This document shows, in pieces, positions 11,129 to 19,873 of a stretch of DNA of 64,000 nucleotides. Position 1 is the first letter of the stretch, and each line of letters begins with the position of its first letter. The DNA is taken from assembly GCA_963820525.1 (NCBI GenBank), contig CAWGAA010000001.1, positions 2,656,001 through 2,720,000 on the forward strand, in the 5' to 3' direction. The DNA is from an uncultured Spirochaetota bacterium (GTDB taxonomy: Bacteria > Spirochaetota > Spirochaetia > SZUA-6 > Fen-1364). Position numbers and translations under genes: made by a program. Under the pieces are notes generated by a model, which saw nothing but the letters and a program-made list of their open reading frames with translations, ran no database searches and was not told the DNA's origin.

Positions 11129-11660
11129 ACACGCCCTCCACGGGGCCGGTGAACCGCACCTCCTTGATGCGGAAATCTCCCACGAAACCCCTCCCCGAAA
11201 TGTAGGTGCCGTCGTCTTTCTTTACCAATACTCTCTCGTCGGGGTCCGCCGTGAGCTTCTTCTCCTTGTTCTGCCAGCTCAAGGATTCCGTCGAGATTTC
11301 TCCCTTCTCGGAGGCAGAAGAGACGCGCACATTGCCGGAGATCTCCGCGTCCTGGGTGTCGGTATGGAAGACCACGGAGTCCGCGCTGCCATCCGTGTCG
11401 CGCTCCCCTTTCTCGTCGTATTCGACGAAATGCGCTGCGCTGATAACGGTCTGCTTGCGCGTATTGTAGGTCTCGGTCCGCTCGGCCTGGAGCTCCAGAG
11501 AGAGGCGCGAATCCTTGACGACGCGGTAGGTGACTCCGACCGCAACCGTGTCGGGAACTTCTTGAGCGGCCGAGGCTTCCAGCTCGGCGGCCTGGTAGTT
11601 GAGGCTGCAGCCGGCCAGGAGCGCTGCGAAGAGCATGGCGGCGGGCAGTGCGAAACGCAC
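11109..11660 (-). CDS. lptC: LPS export periplasmic protein LptC (lipoprotein type)
   Basis: Lipobox LLAGC, ISTESLSW, ISGRGF; gene order pyrG-lptC-lptA-lptB. Confidence 0.8.
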   Translation of the reverse strand: MRFALPAAMLFAALLAGCSLNYQAAELEASAAQEVPDTVAVGVTYRVVKDSRLSLELQAERTETYNTRKQTVISAAHFVEYDEKGERDTDGSADSVVFHTDTQDAEISGNVRVSSASEKGEISTESLSWQNKEKKLTADPDERVLVKKDDGTYISGRGFVGDFRIKEVRFTGPVEGVYVYEEK

Positions 11661-11663
11661 CGT

Positions 11664-13289
11664 CTATCCTCGGCTTGCGGCCGGCTGGGCCTGCGCCGCA
11701 AGGCACGCTGCAATGAAGCGCGAGAACAGGGGGCTGGGAGACTTGGGCTTGGAGATGAACTCGGGATGGAACTGGACCCCGACTCCCCAGGGGTGTCCCG
11801 GCCATTCGATTGATTCCACCAGGGCCCCATCCGGTGTCAGCCCGCTCACGACGAGCCCACCATCCTGGAGGGCCTGCCTGTACGCGTTGGACACCTCGTA
11901 GCGGTGGCGGTGCCGCTCGAAAATAACTTCGGCGCCATACGCTTCCGCTATCCTCGTGGCCGCAAGGAGGCGCGTCTCGCTCCTTCCCAGCCGCATTGTG
12001 CCTCCGTACGCCTTGATGTCCACCTGCTCTTCCAGGAGGCTCACGACGGGATGCTTCGTCTCGGGAGCGAACTCGGTGGAGTTGGCCTCCTTCAGCCCCA
12101 GAACGTTTCGGGCGTACTCGATAACCATGATCTGAAGGCCCAGGCAGATGCCGAGGTAGGGGATGTTGTTCTGGCGCGCATAGGCGGCGGTTTTGATCAT
12201 GCCCTCGATTCCGCGAAGGCCGAATCCGCCCGGCACCAGTATCCCATCGCATCCTGCCAGGGGCACCGCGAGGTCCCGCTCCCCCTCCAGCTCCTCGCTT
12301 TCGATCTTGACCAGCTGAACCCGCGACCCGTTGGCGATCCCGCCGTGGAAAAGGGATTCGAAGATCGAGATGTAGGAATCGTGGAGTCCCGTGTATTTGC
12401 CCACGATGGCGATCCGCGCGGTCCGCTTGGCATCCGTGAAATGCTCCACGATCCGCTTCCATCCGTCGCGCGACGGCGTCTTCTCCGCCAGGCCGAGCCT
12501 CTTCATAATGCTGGTGTCGAGCTTCTGCTCCACGAAAACGAGGGGGATCTCGTAGATCGTGGTCCGTACGTCGTAGGCGGAGATCACCGAGTCTTTTTCC
12601 ACGTTGGTGAAAAGCGAGATCTTCCTCTTCATGTCTTCTTCCAGAGGAGTTCCCGCGCGGCACAAGAGGATGTCAGGCTGGATGCCGATCTCCCGCAGCT
12701 CCCTCACCGAGTGCTGTGTAGGCTTTGTCTTGAGCTCTCCCCAGTAGACCACGGGCACGAGGGTGAGATGGATGAACATCACGTTCTCCTTGCCCAGGTC
12801 GTGGATGAACTGGCGGGCCGCCTCCAGGAACGGGATCGATTCGATGTCTCCCACCGTGCCGCCGATCTCCACCAACGTGACGTCCACTCCCGGCTGCTCC
12901 CCCACCTTGAAGATCCGGGCCTTTATCTCGTCCGTGATGTGGGGAATCACCTGGACCGTGCGGCCGAGGAAGCGCCCTTCGCGCTCCTTGGTGATCACCG
13001 CCTGGTACACCTGGCCCGTCGTGATGGAGTTGTCCCGGGAAAGCGGCGAGGAGGTGAATCTGTTGTAGTTTCCCAGGTCGAGGTCCGTTTCAGCGCCGTC
13101 GTCGGTGACGTAGACCTCGCCGTGCTGGAACGGGTTCATTGTTCCGGCATCCACGTTGATGTAGGGATCGATCTTGATCATGCGGATATTGAAGCCCCTG
13201 TTTTCCAGCAGGCTTCCGATCGATGCAGCGGCAACTCCCTTGCCGAGCCCCGAGCATACTCCACCCGTGACGAAAATGTATTTGCTCAT
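11664..13289 (-). CDS. pyrG: CTP synthase
   Basis: [55 protein letters not shown]. Confidence 0.98.
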   Translation of the reverse strand: MSKYIFVTGGVCSGLGKGVAAASIGSLLENRGFNIRMIKIDPYINVDAGTMNPFQHGEVYVTDDGAETDLDLGNYNRFTSSPLSRDNSITTGQVYQAVITKEREGRFLGRTVQVIPHITDEIKARIFKVGEQPGVDVTLVEIGGTVGDIESIPFLEAARQFIHDLGKENVMFIHLTLVPVVYWGELKTKPTQHSVRELREIGIQPDILLCRAGTPLEEDMKRKISLFTNVEKDSVISAYDVRTTIYEIPLVFVEQKLDTSIMKRLGLAEKTPSRDGWKRIVEHFTDAKRTARIAIVGKYTGLHDSYISIFESLFHGGIANGSRVQLVKIESEELEGERDLAVPLAGCDGILVPGGFGLRGIEGMIKTAAYARQNNIPYLGICLGLQIMVIEYARNVLGLKEANSTEFAPETKHPVVSLLEEQVDIKAYGGTMRLGRSETRLLAATRIAEAYGAEVIFERHRHRYEVSNAYRQALQDGGLVVSGLTPDGALVESIEWPGHPWGVGVQFHPEFISKPKSPSPLFSRFIAACLAAQAQPAASRG

Positions 13290-13298
13290 GGGGATCGT

Positions 13299-13327
13299 AT
13301 TATAGCGGAAATGCCCGCCCGTCTCAA
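13299..13327 (-). promoter_or_regulatory. pyrG sigma-70 promoter, near-leaderless
   Basis: TTGAGA-N17-TATAAT followed by only ACGATCCCC then ATG; no SD. Confidence 0.75.
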
Positions 13328-13357
13328 TGGCAGGCCATCCATGGACTGGACCGCGGC

Positions 13358-13633
13358 TCAGTCCTCGAGGACCGTGACCACCTTTTTCAGGTCCCAGCGG
13401 AGAAATCTCTGTAGGGCCTGGATCTGGGCCGCGTTCACATAGTAGATCCTGCCGTCGTACTTTACCAGGCCGCCGTCATAGGTGGCGAACTTCACGTGAT
13501 AGTATATCCGGCCGATGAACTGGGCCTCGTCCCAGTGGGGACAGCCCTTCAGGTGGGGAATCTTTCGGAGGCTCCTTGCATTGATCGTGTCCCCTTTGAC
13601 GGAGTTTCGCAGCACTTCCTGCCACTTGATCAT
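13358..13633 (-). CDS. Small hypothetical protein (91 aa)
   Basis: ATG start, codon usage like its neighbours, fills the pyrG-cheR gap; internal GRIYY and YDG repeats. Confidence 0.7.
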   Translation of the reverse strand: MIKWQEVLRNSVKGDTINARSLRKIPHLKGCPHWDEAQFIGRIYYHVKFATYDGGLVKYDGRIYYVNAAQIQALQRFLRWDLKKVVTVLED

Positions 13634-13699
13634 AACAATGTTCTATTGACACCCCTTCACGGTAAAGTGTACAGGTGGTACGGGGCAAGATCAACCCTC

Positions 13700-14521
13700 A
13701 TGGCAACCTTTCTCACGGATGAAGAGTTCGCGCTGTTCAGCTCCCTGATTTACGACGGGAGCGGAATTCATTTTTCAGCCTCCAACCGGCCGATTCTGGA
13801 GAGCAGGCTTCGGGAGCGCCTCAAGGAATCGGGGCTGGCCCGCGTTCGTGAGTACTACGACCTCATCCGCCGCAGTTCGGAGGAGATGAAGATCCTCCTG
13901 GACTCGGTGACGACGAACCTCACCTGGTTCTTCCGCTACGAGGGCCACTTTACGGCCCTGGAGAATCTGGTGCTTCCCGACCTGCTGGCGCACAAGAAGA
14001 AGAAATCCAATCATCGCCTGCGGGTGTGGAGCGCAGGGTGCTCGACGGGAGAGGAGACGTACTCGGTCGCAATGCTCCTCGCGGACAAGCTCCCGCCGGA
14101 TTTCAGCCTGGAGATCGTGGGAAGCGACTTGAGCCTCAAATCGCTGATGATCGCCAAAGAGGGCTTCTACGCCGAGAGCAGGGTGGGAGGAGTTCCCGAG
14201 AAGTACGTCAAGCGTTTCCTGGAGGTGAAAAACGACGGCTACCATATCATGGACCCGGTCAAGAAGCTCGTCCGCTTCGACTATCATAATCTGAAGTTCG
14301 ACAGCGGCCTGACCGACATCGACGTCGTGTTCTGCCGAAACGTCATCATCTACTTCGACGTCACGGCCCAGAGCCAGGTCATCAACCGCTTCTGGCAGGC
14401 CATGACGCCCCACTCCTACCTCTTCCTCGGCCACTCGGAATCCCTGTTCGGGATGGAAACGAAGTTCGAGTTCGTCAAGACAGATTGGGCCTGCCTGTAT
14501 AAAAAGGTTCTGGATCCATAG
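13700..14521 (+). CDS. cheR: Chemotaxis methyltransferase CheR
   Basis: VTTNLTWFFR, VWSAGCSTGEETYS, DVVFCRNVIIYFD, LFLGHSESL. Confidence 0.95.
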   Translation: MATFLTDEEFALFSSLIYDGSGIHFSASNRPILESRLRERLKESGLARVREYYDLIRRSSEEMKILLDSVTTNLTWFFRYEGHFTALENLVLPDLLAHKKKKSNHRLRVWSAGCSTGEETYSVAMLLADKLPPDFSLEIVGSDLSLKSLMIAKEGFYAESRVGGVPEKYVKRFLEVKNDGYHIMDPVKKLVRFDYHNLKFDSGLTDIDVVFCRNVIIYFDVTAQSQVINRFWQAMTPHSYLFLGHSESLFGMETKFEFVKTDWACLYKKVLDP

Positions 14522-14531
14522 GAGCGCGCAA

Positions 14532-15674
14532 GTGATCGACCGACCCATCTCCGTGTTGATCGTCGATGATTCCGCCCTGATGCGGAACCTCGTGAGCAGG
14601 ATCTTCGGCTCGGCGCCCGGTTTCCGGGTTGCAGGCACCGCCATGAACGGAATTTTCGCTCTTCGAAAGATCGAGGCGGCCATGCCGGACCTCGTCGTGC
14701 TGGACCTGGAGATGCCGGAAATGAATGGGATCGAGTTCCTGCGCGAGAGGCAGAAGCGGGGTCTCGACGTGCCCGTGATCATCCTCTCCTCGATCGCGGA
14801 GAAGGGGGCGAGGATTACCATGGAGGCGCTGGCCCTCGGCGCCTCGGATTTCGTCCTGAAACCGGGCGGGATCACGGCGACTCACGAGATGAAGGATACG
14901 GCCGAGGAGCTCGTCGAGATCGCCCGCATCTATGCGGGGCGCGGGAGAAGGCCTCCCGCCCCGGCAGAAGAGCCGAAGAGGGAGCATCGGGAGCCGGGTG
15001 AAGAAGCGGCGCCCGTCGAGTATCTCGAGGAGCATCCAGCGCCGGCCCAGCAGGCCAGGCAGCGCGTCGTTCCGCTTCGCCCTCCCGGTCCCGTCGAGGT
15101 GGTGGCCATCGGAATCTCCACGGGCGGTCCCAATGCGCTGCGGGAGCTCCTGCCCAGCCTCGAATCCGATTTCCCCGCTCCGGTTCTCATCGTTCAGCAC
15201 ATGCCAGCGGGTTTCACGGGAGAGTTCGCCGAGAGCCTCGACCGGATCTGCCCCCTGGAAGTCAGGGAAGCAAAGGACGGGGACGTGATCAAAGCCGGCC
15301 GGGTCTTCATCGCTCCTGGAGACGCTCACATGACTGTGGAGTCGAAACCGCTTGCCAACACGGTGAAGCTCTCCTCCGAAGCCCCCGTGAGCGGCCATAG
15401 GCCTTCGGCAGACGTGCTTTTCGCCTCAGTGGCGAAGGTGTACGGCAACAGGAGCCTGGCGGCGATCATGACGGGCATGGGAAGGGATGGGGCCGCGGAG
15501 ATCGGTTCGATCTACCACGAGGGGGGAACAACCCTCGCGCAGGATGAAGCGTCCTCCGTCGTGTTTGGAATGCCCCGCGTCGCCATAGAGGCCGGGGTCA
15601 TCACATCGGTCGTTCCCCTTGCCCGGATGGCGGAAACCCTCAACCGTCTGAGTCGGGAGCGCTCTCCGCGGTAG
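14532..15674 (+). CDS. cheB: Chemotaxis response regulator methylesterase CheB
   Basis: REC (VDDS, LDLEMP), GISTGGP, QHMP, HRPSAD, MTGMGRDGA, VFGMP. Confidence 0.96.
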   Translation: MIDRPISVLIVDDSALMRNLVSRIFGSAPGFRVAGTAMNGIFALRKIEAAMPDLVVLDLEMPEMNGIEFLRERQKRGLDVPVIILSSIAEKGARITMEALALGASDFVLKPGGITATHEMKDTAEELVEIARIYAGRGRRPPAPAEEPKREHREPGEEAAPVEYLEEHPAPAQQARQRVVPLRPPGPVEVVAIGISTGGPNALRELLPSLESDFPAPVLIVQHMPAGFTGEFAESLDRICPLEVREAKDGDVIKAGRVFIAPGDAHMTVESKPLANTVKLSSEAPVSGHRPSADVLFASVAKVYGNRSLAAIMTGMGRDGAAEIGSIYHEGGTTLAQDEASSVVFGMPRVAIEAGVITSVVPLARMAETLNRLSRERSPR

Positions 15675-16494
15675 GAAGCTCCTGCGAGGCGGCGGCCGCC
15701 GGCGCCACGATCTGCCTGCGGATCCTCTCGATCCCCGTCGCCTTTCCGTCCTCGCCGATCTCCATCACCACCCCTTGAAGCTCCAGTTTCCCCCATGCCT
15801 CCTTGGAGTACTCGTGGATCAGCGTCGTGAACTTTCTTATCTCGATTTCGGGGTCGAGGCCCCCCACCGATTCAATGCTCCCCGTCCGCCCGGCGTCCGT
15901 AATGACCGCGGTGCCTCCCGGGAGCACTCTTTCGTCTGCCGTGATTGCCTTGGTGTGGGTCCCGACGATCGCGGAGACCTTGCCGTCTGCGAAGTAGAAC
16001 AGCGTTCCCTTCTCTGCCGTTGTCACGGCGTGGAAGTCGACCACGATGATATTCGTCTGGGGGGCAATGGATTGCAGGAGCTTGGGCAGGAGGCTGTAGG
16101 GATTTTTCAGGTGCACTCTCTTGAAGCCGGATTGTCCAAGGAGGCTCACCACCGCGATTTTTCGGCCGGCTGCTTCGTAGATCATCCAGCCCCGCCCGGG
16201 GTTTTTCTGCGGATAGTTGGCCGGCCTCAGGATGTACGGGGATCGGGCGATGTGCTCCACCATGTCCTTCTTGTAGTAGGCGCATTCCCCCAGCGTGATG
16301 CAATCGACGCCGAGCTTGTGGAGGTAGATGGAGTGGTTCTTGCCGATGCCGAACCCGCCCGTGGCCCCTTCACCGTCCGCGATCACGAAATCGATGGAGC
16401 GCTCCTCCTTGATCTTGGGGAGCAGCTCCTTGAGGCACCAGACACCCGACTTGCCGACGATTTCGCCGATGAAGAGGATGCGCAAAGAACTCAT
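15640..16494 (-). CDS. YmdB/TIGR00282-family metallophosphoesterase-like protein with altered metal ligands
   Basis: ILFIGEIVGK, ILRPANYP, PGRG, DFHA, VGTHT, ADERVLPGGTAVITDAG. Confidence 0.88.
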   Translation of the reverse strand: MSSLRILFIGEIVGKSGVWCLKELLPKIKEERSIDFVIADGEGATGGFGIGKNHSIYLHKLGVDCITLGECAYYKKDMVEHIARSPYILRPANYPQKNPGRGWMIYEAAGRKIAVVSLLGQSGFKRVHLKNPYSLLPKLLQSIAPQTNIIVVDFHAVTTAEKGTLFYFADGKVSAIVGTHTKAITADERVLPGGTAVITDAGRTGSIESVGGLDPEIEIRKFTTLIHEYSKEAWGKLELQGVVMEIGEDGKATGIERIRRQIVAPAAAASQELPTAESAPDSDG

Positions 16495-16529
16495 GCGGGC
16501 GCCGCCCGGGCGGAAAAACTCACCCGCAA

Positions 16530-16558
16530 AGTGTAGCAAGAGGCCCCAATCTTGACAA
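16530..16558. promoter_or_regulatory. Back-to-back promoters for the YmdB-like gene and tRNA-Leu
   Basis: Minus strand TTGTCA-N17-TACACT; plus strand TTGACA at 16552-16557 upstream of the tRNA. Confidence 0.55.
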
Positions 16559-16590
16559 GTTTGAAGGCTTTTTGATAGCGTGGTTCAAAC

Positions 16591-16675
16591 GCCCGGATGG
16601 TGGAATTTGGTAGACACGCTAGATTCAGGGTCTAGTGCTCGCAAGGGCATGGAGGTTCAAGTCCTCTTCCGGGCA
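16591..16675 (+). tRNA. tRNA-Leu(CAG); CCA not encoded
   Basis: Acceptor GCCCGGA/TCCGGGC, D-arm GGTGGAATTTGGTAGACAC, anticodon arm CTAGA-TTCAGGG-TCTAG, long variable arm, T-arm GGAGG-TTCAAGT-CCTCT. Confidence 0.96.
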
Positions 16676-16818
16676 AAAACAGCTCTTTATTAATAGAGTA
16701 CTTGCAGTTCGAGCCTTGCGCTCATTGCTCTTTCCTTCTCTATCAAGTCGCCGACGCGCTGTGCTTGAGACGTTTGCCTTTCCATCATCACTACTCTATA
16801 ATAGAGAGGGAGAACGCT

Positions 16819-17400
16819 ATGAAGTATCCAAGAATAATCATTTCAGTGGCTATTATTTTTTTATTTTCTCCTTTCGTGGGTTTTTCAAGTGACAGATCGG
16901 ATGCCACGGATCTCATGAATAAATGTGATAATAGCTCGAAAAGCTTGGAGATCGCGATCAGGAACTTTGGGGATAAGAATGACACAGCCTCTTTTGAGAA
17001 TGGCCTGAATACGATCAAGCAAGGAAAGGTCAAACTGGCGCAGTCGAAGTTTCTGGAGGCCAAGGCAAAATTCGAGGAATATCAGAAAGCCGAATATGAC
17101 CTCTATGGGAGTCTTTCCCCGAAGTATATCCAACGCACGCAGGAGATCATTGATAAGATTGCGGAAGATCTCGTAGATTTTGTTAATCAGCCCGAGGTGC
17201 TCAAGAACTTCACTGACTCCGCGCAGAATCTGGACATCGCAAAACTGCGCTATAGCTCCAAGGCCTATCCCGCCGTCATCCAATCCTGCAGGATAGCCAA
17301 GAACCTGGTCATCAATTGCTATGTCATAGCAAAGAAAGACATTCCCGCGGAGTATAAAAAGGATCTTGAGGATTCCAGCAATAAAATCTTCCAGGGATGA
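16819..17400 (+). CDS. Exported alpha-helical hypothetical protein (193 aa), AT-rich
   Basis: TTGCCT-N17-TATAAT (16774-16802), SD GAGGGAG, signal peptide MKYPRIIISVAIIFLFSPFVGFS. Confidence 0.8.
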   Translation: MKYPRIIISVAIIFLFSPFVGFSSDRSDATDLMNKCDNSSKSLEIAIRNFGDKNDTASFENGLNTIKQGKVKLAQSKFLEAKAKFEEYQKAEYDLYGSLSPKYIQRTQEIIDKIAEDLVDFVNQPEVLKNFTDSAQNLDIAKLRYSSKAYPAVIQSCRIAKNLVINCYVIAKKDIPAEYKKDLEDSSNKIFQG

Positions 17401-17583
17401 ACGGGGGTTTTCGAAGCGGCGGGGGTTGTGAAGCCCCGGCCACGACCCCCCGCCGAGATCCTCGATCTCGGGAATGGTGCGCAGCCAGCCTGGCCGCATC
17501 GCCCTATTGCGCCGGCATTGTCGCGGGCGTATCATGCGCAAAGCAGCATTGATCCCATGTCATGTGCTGCCAGAGGAGCTCCG

Positions 17584-19296
17584 GTGCACCTCATCAACAG
17601 CATCCATATAGATCCTTCCCGGGCGAGAACCTATCCCGAGGTGGAGATCCAGATAAAGGAGCAGCTCAACTCATCGACCAGGAAGTTCGAGAAACTCAAG
17701 GCGACCGTGTCGAGCCTGGCGAAATACACCCGGGACATCAAGGGCTTCATTGACATCGACCTGCTCGAGGAACGGGCGCACAGGCTCAAGCCGAACATGG
17801 ATGTCGTGAGGTCGCTGAGACTCTCGAAGTATATCCTGGCTACCATGATCTACCTGACCAGGGGCGACGAGAGGTACATCGAGGGCATGAAGCCCGATGA
17901 GGAGTTCTTCAGGACACACCCCCAGCTTGATGAAATTTTCAGGAGGCGGAAAGACGTCGACACCGTACTCCTGGCGCTGTACAACGAGTCTCCCCGGAAG
18001 TTCGTCGCCGATACCAGCCCGCAGTACCGCATCCCGCGGCTGCTGGAGCAGATACTGGTCCCTCATCCGAAACGCCCCACGCGGATGATGAGCCATTCGT
18101 TCCATACGCAGAGCATGCAGTTCGAGGAGAGCATGTGCACGCTGACCGGAGCCGTGCTGCGGCTGCTCTTCAATGTCGAAGAATACGACACCGACATGGA
18201 CATCATGCTCTTCTTCATACGATCGAAAGGAGCCAGGCCGGTACGGTTGAAGCGGGTCTTCTCGGACGATGTCAAACGGATTCATCGCAAGATCGACCAT
18301 TCCCTGTTCCTGTTGAAAGAAGCCGCCAATTATGTGCTCGAGGAGACGGAGCGCGACCCGTCATTCATCCAGCAGGTACTCAACCAGTCCTATGTCGAAA
18401 ACGTTCTCGACAGATCACGGCAGCTGCTGAAGGACGTCGATGCTCTGGACTCGCTGCTCGATGGGTTGAGCAGGCTGAAGGCGGACATGATGCATCTCTG
18501 CTGGACCATCCGGGACCGGACGAGCGAGAAGATCGCCCGGCTGAACCGGATGATGGATTCGAGCGACTACCACGACCTGCTGCTTCTCTGGAGAGATATG
18601 AAGGAAGTGGGGAATTCATTCTTCACGGATCTGCAGGACGTGTATGGCTTCTTTGCCGCTTACGCAGCCCAGAGCAGGATCGGATTGGATGAGCTGCTGG
18701 ACAGGCTCGAGGGGTCATTCACGTCGCACTTCACCGCGATAGACGACTACCTCAGGTTCATCCCCGATTTCGACAAGAAGCTGGACTCTTTCAGGAAGAG
18801 CTATGGTCAGCTGACCCTGATCGAGGAGGGAAGGTCCGAGTTCTACAAGACCCTCATCCACGAGATGTCCCAGGTGTGCATCAACTTCACGACATCGATA
18901 GCGAGAGGCAAGCTGTTCAACAAGCACCTCAAGTCCTTCGAGGATTTCGAGCTGTTGTACGATCCCCTCTATGGAGACCGGATAGCCAACATCACGGAGC
19001 CGATCATCGCGCTCCGCCAGACATTCCCTGCGGAGAGCAAGTTCGACCTCACGCGATTCGTGGGCAGGGATACCGTCGTCCCCGATGCAATGCGGAACAG
19101 TTACCGCAAAATCATGAGGCTACGGCTCTGCGCGGACGCCATCCTCGAGTTCTATGGCAACCTCCTTGACAACGATCGGTACATGTTCGACGCATCCGCG
19201 GTGAAACAGGAATCATCTAATTTAAGGAAACATCTCGACGAGATCGTGCGCTACTGCACTGCCTATGACGATGCGCCCAGGGAAATGGAGAACTGA
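17584..19296 (+). CDS. Large hypothetical soluble protein (about 570 aa), no recognisable family
   Basis: Long ORF with GC3 bias; TTGCGC-N17-TATCAT (17507-17535) and SD GAGGAG before GTG 17584. Confidence 0.82.
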   Translation: MHLINSIHIDPSRARTYPEVEIQIKEQLNSSTRKFEKLKATVSSLAKYTRDIKGFIDIDLLEERAHRLKPNMDVVRSLRLSKYILATMIYLTRGDERYIEGMKPDEEFFRTHPQLDEIFRRRKDVDTVLLALYNESPRKFVADTSPQYRIPRLLEQILVPHPKRPTRMMSHSFHTQSMQFEESMCTLTGAVLRLLFNVEEYDTDMDIMLFFIRSKGARPVRLKRVFSDDVKRIHRKIDHSLFLLKEAANYVLEETERDPSFIQQVLNQSYVENVLDRSRQLLKDVDALDSLLDGLSRLKADMMHLCWTIRDRTSEKIARLNRMMDSSDYHDLLLLWRDMKEVGNSFFTDLQDVYGFFAAYAAQSRIGLDELLDRLEGSFTSHFTAIDDYLRFIPDFDKKLDSFRKSYGQLTLIEEGRSEFYKTLIHEMSQVCINFTTSIARGKLFNKHLKSFEDFELLYDPLYGDRIANITEPIIALRQTFPAESKFDLTRFVGRDTVVPDAMRNSYRKIMRLRLCADAILEFYGNLLDNDRYMFDASAVKQESSNLRKHLDEIVRYCTAYDDAPREMEN

Positions 19297-19541
19297 GATG
19301 GGCTTTTTGGAGTAATTCTCAGTGAGGAAGAAGATGTTCACCGGGAAGCCGGCGAGATCTCGCACGGTCGACATACGGCTCTCTTTTGTGCAGCTACTAG
19401 ATGTCACCGAGGTACACAGAACAGATATTTCTGTAATCGGGGATCCTCATCGTGTCGGCCTTATCCCCATTGCCGACGACCTCAATTTCGACCGCCGTCC
19501 ACGCAGATTTGAGAAAGAAGCCTCCGAGCAAACCGTCTCGG

Positions 19542-19742
19542 CTATTTGAGCGAAACTTCCATGATCTCAGATGTACCGAAGAACTGGAGTTTGTCCTCGC
19601 GTGCCAACCAGCCTATTCCCATGTAAAACAGATCTTCCGGCAGCTTGGTCTTCTTCTTAAGCTGGTTGAAAGTCATCGCCTTATTCTCCTCAACCAAGGC
19701 CGTCCAGATTTCTCCAGCCGTCTCGCCAATCTCATTGATCAT
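19542..19742 (-). CDS. Small winged-helix protein, DUF2582-like
   Basis: IGETAGEIW...LKKKTKL...MGIGWLAREDKL signature; SD GGAGGAGG. Confidence 0.85.
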   Translation of the reverse strand: MINEIGETAGEIWTALVEENKAMTFNQLKKKTKLPEDLFYMGIGWLAREDKLQFFGTSEIMEVSLK

Positions 19743-19873
19743 CACAATCACCTCCTCCCGCGCATCCCGACTTCCCGCGAATCTTCGTCGGATAGCGGCC
19801 ATAATCCTCACTTATCCTCTTCGCCAGCAATCCCGCGGCACTCCCCTTCTCAATAGCAGCCCAGGTCCATTTC

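Noticed and set aside
17417..17455. Rho-independent terminator
   Set aside because: Strong stem but no U-tract on either strand; noted only as a hairpin
19297..19540. Possible decayed STAS-like remnant on the minus strand
   Set aside because: Short broken frames with only vague resemblance
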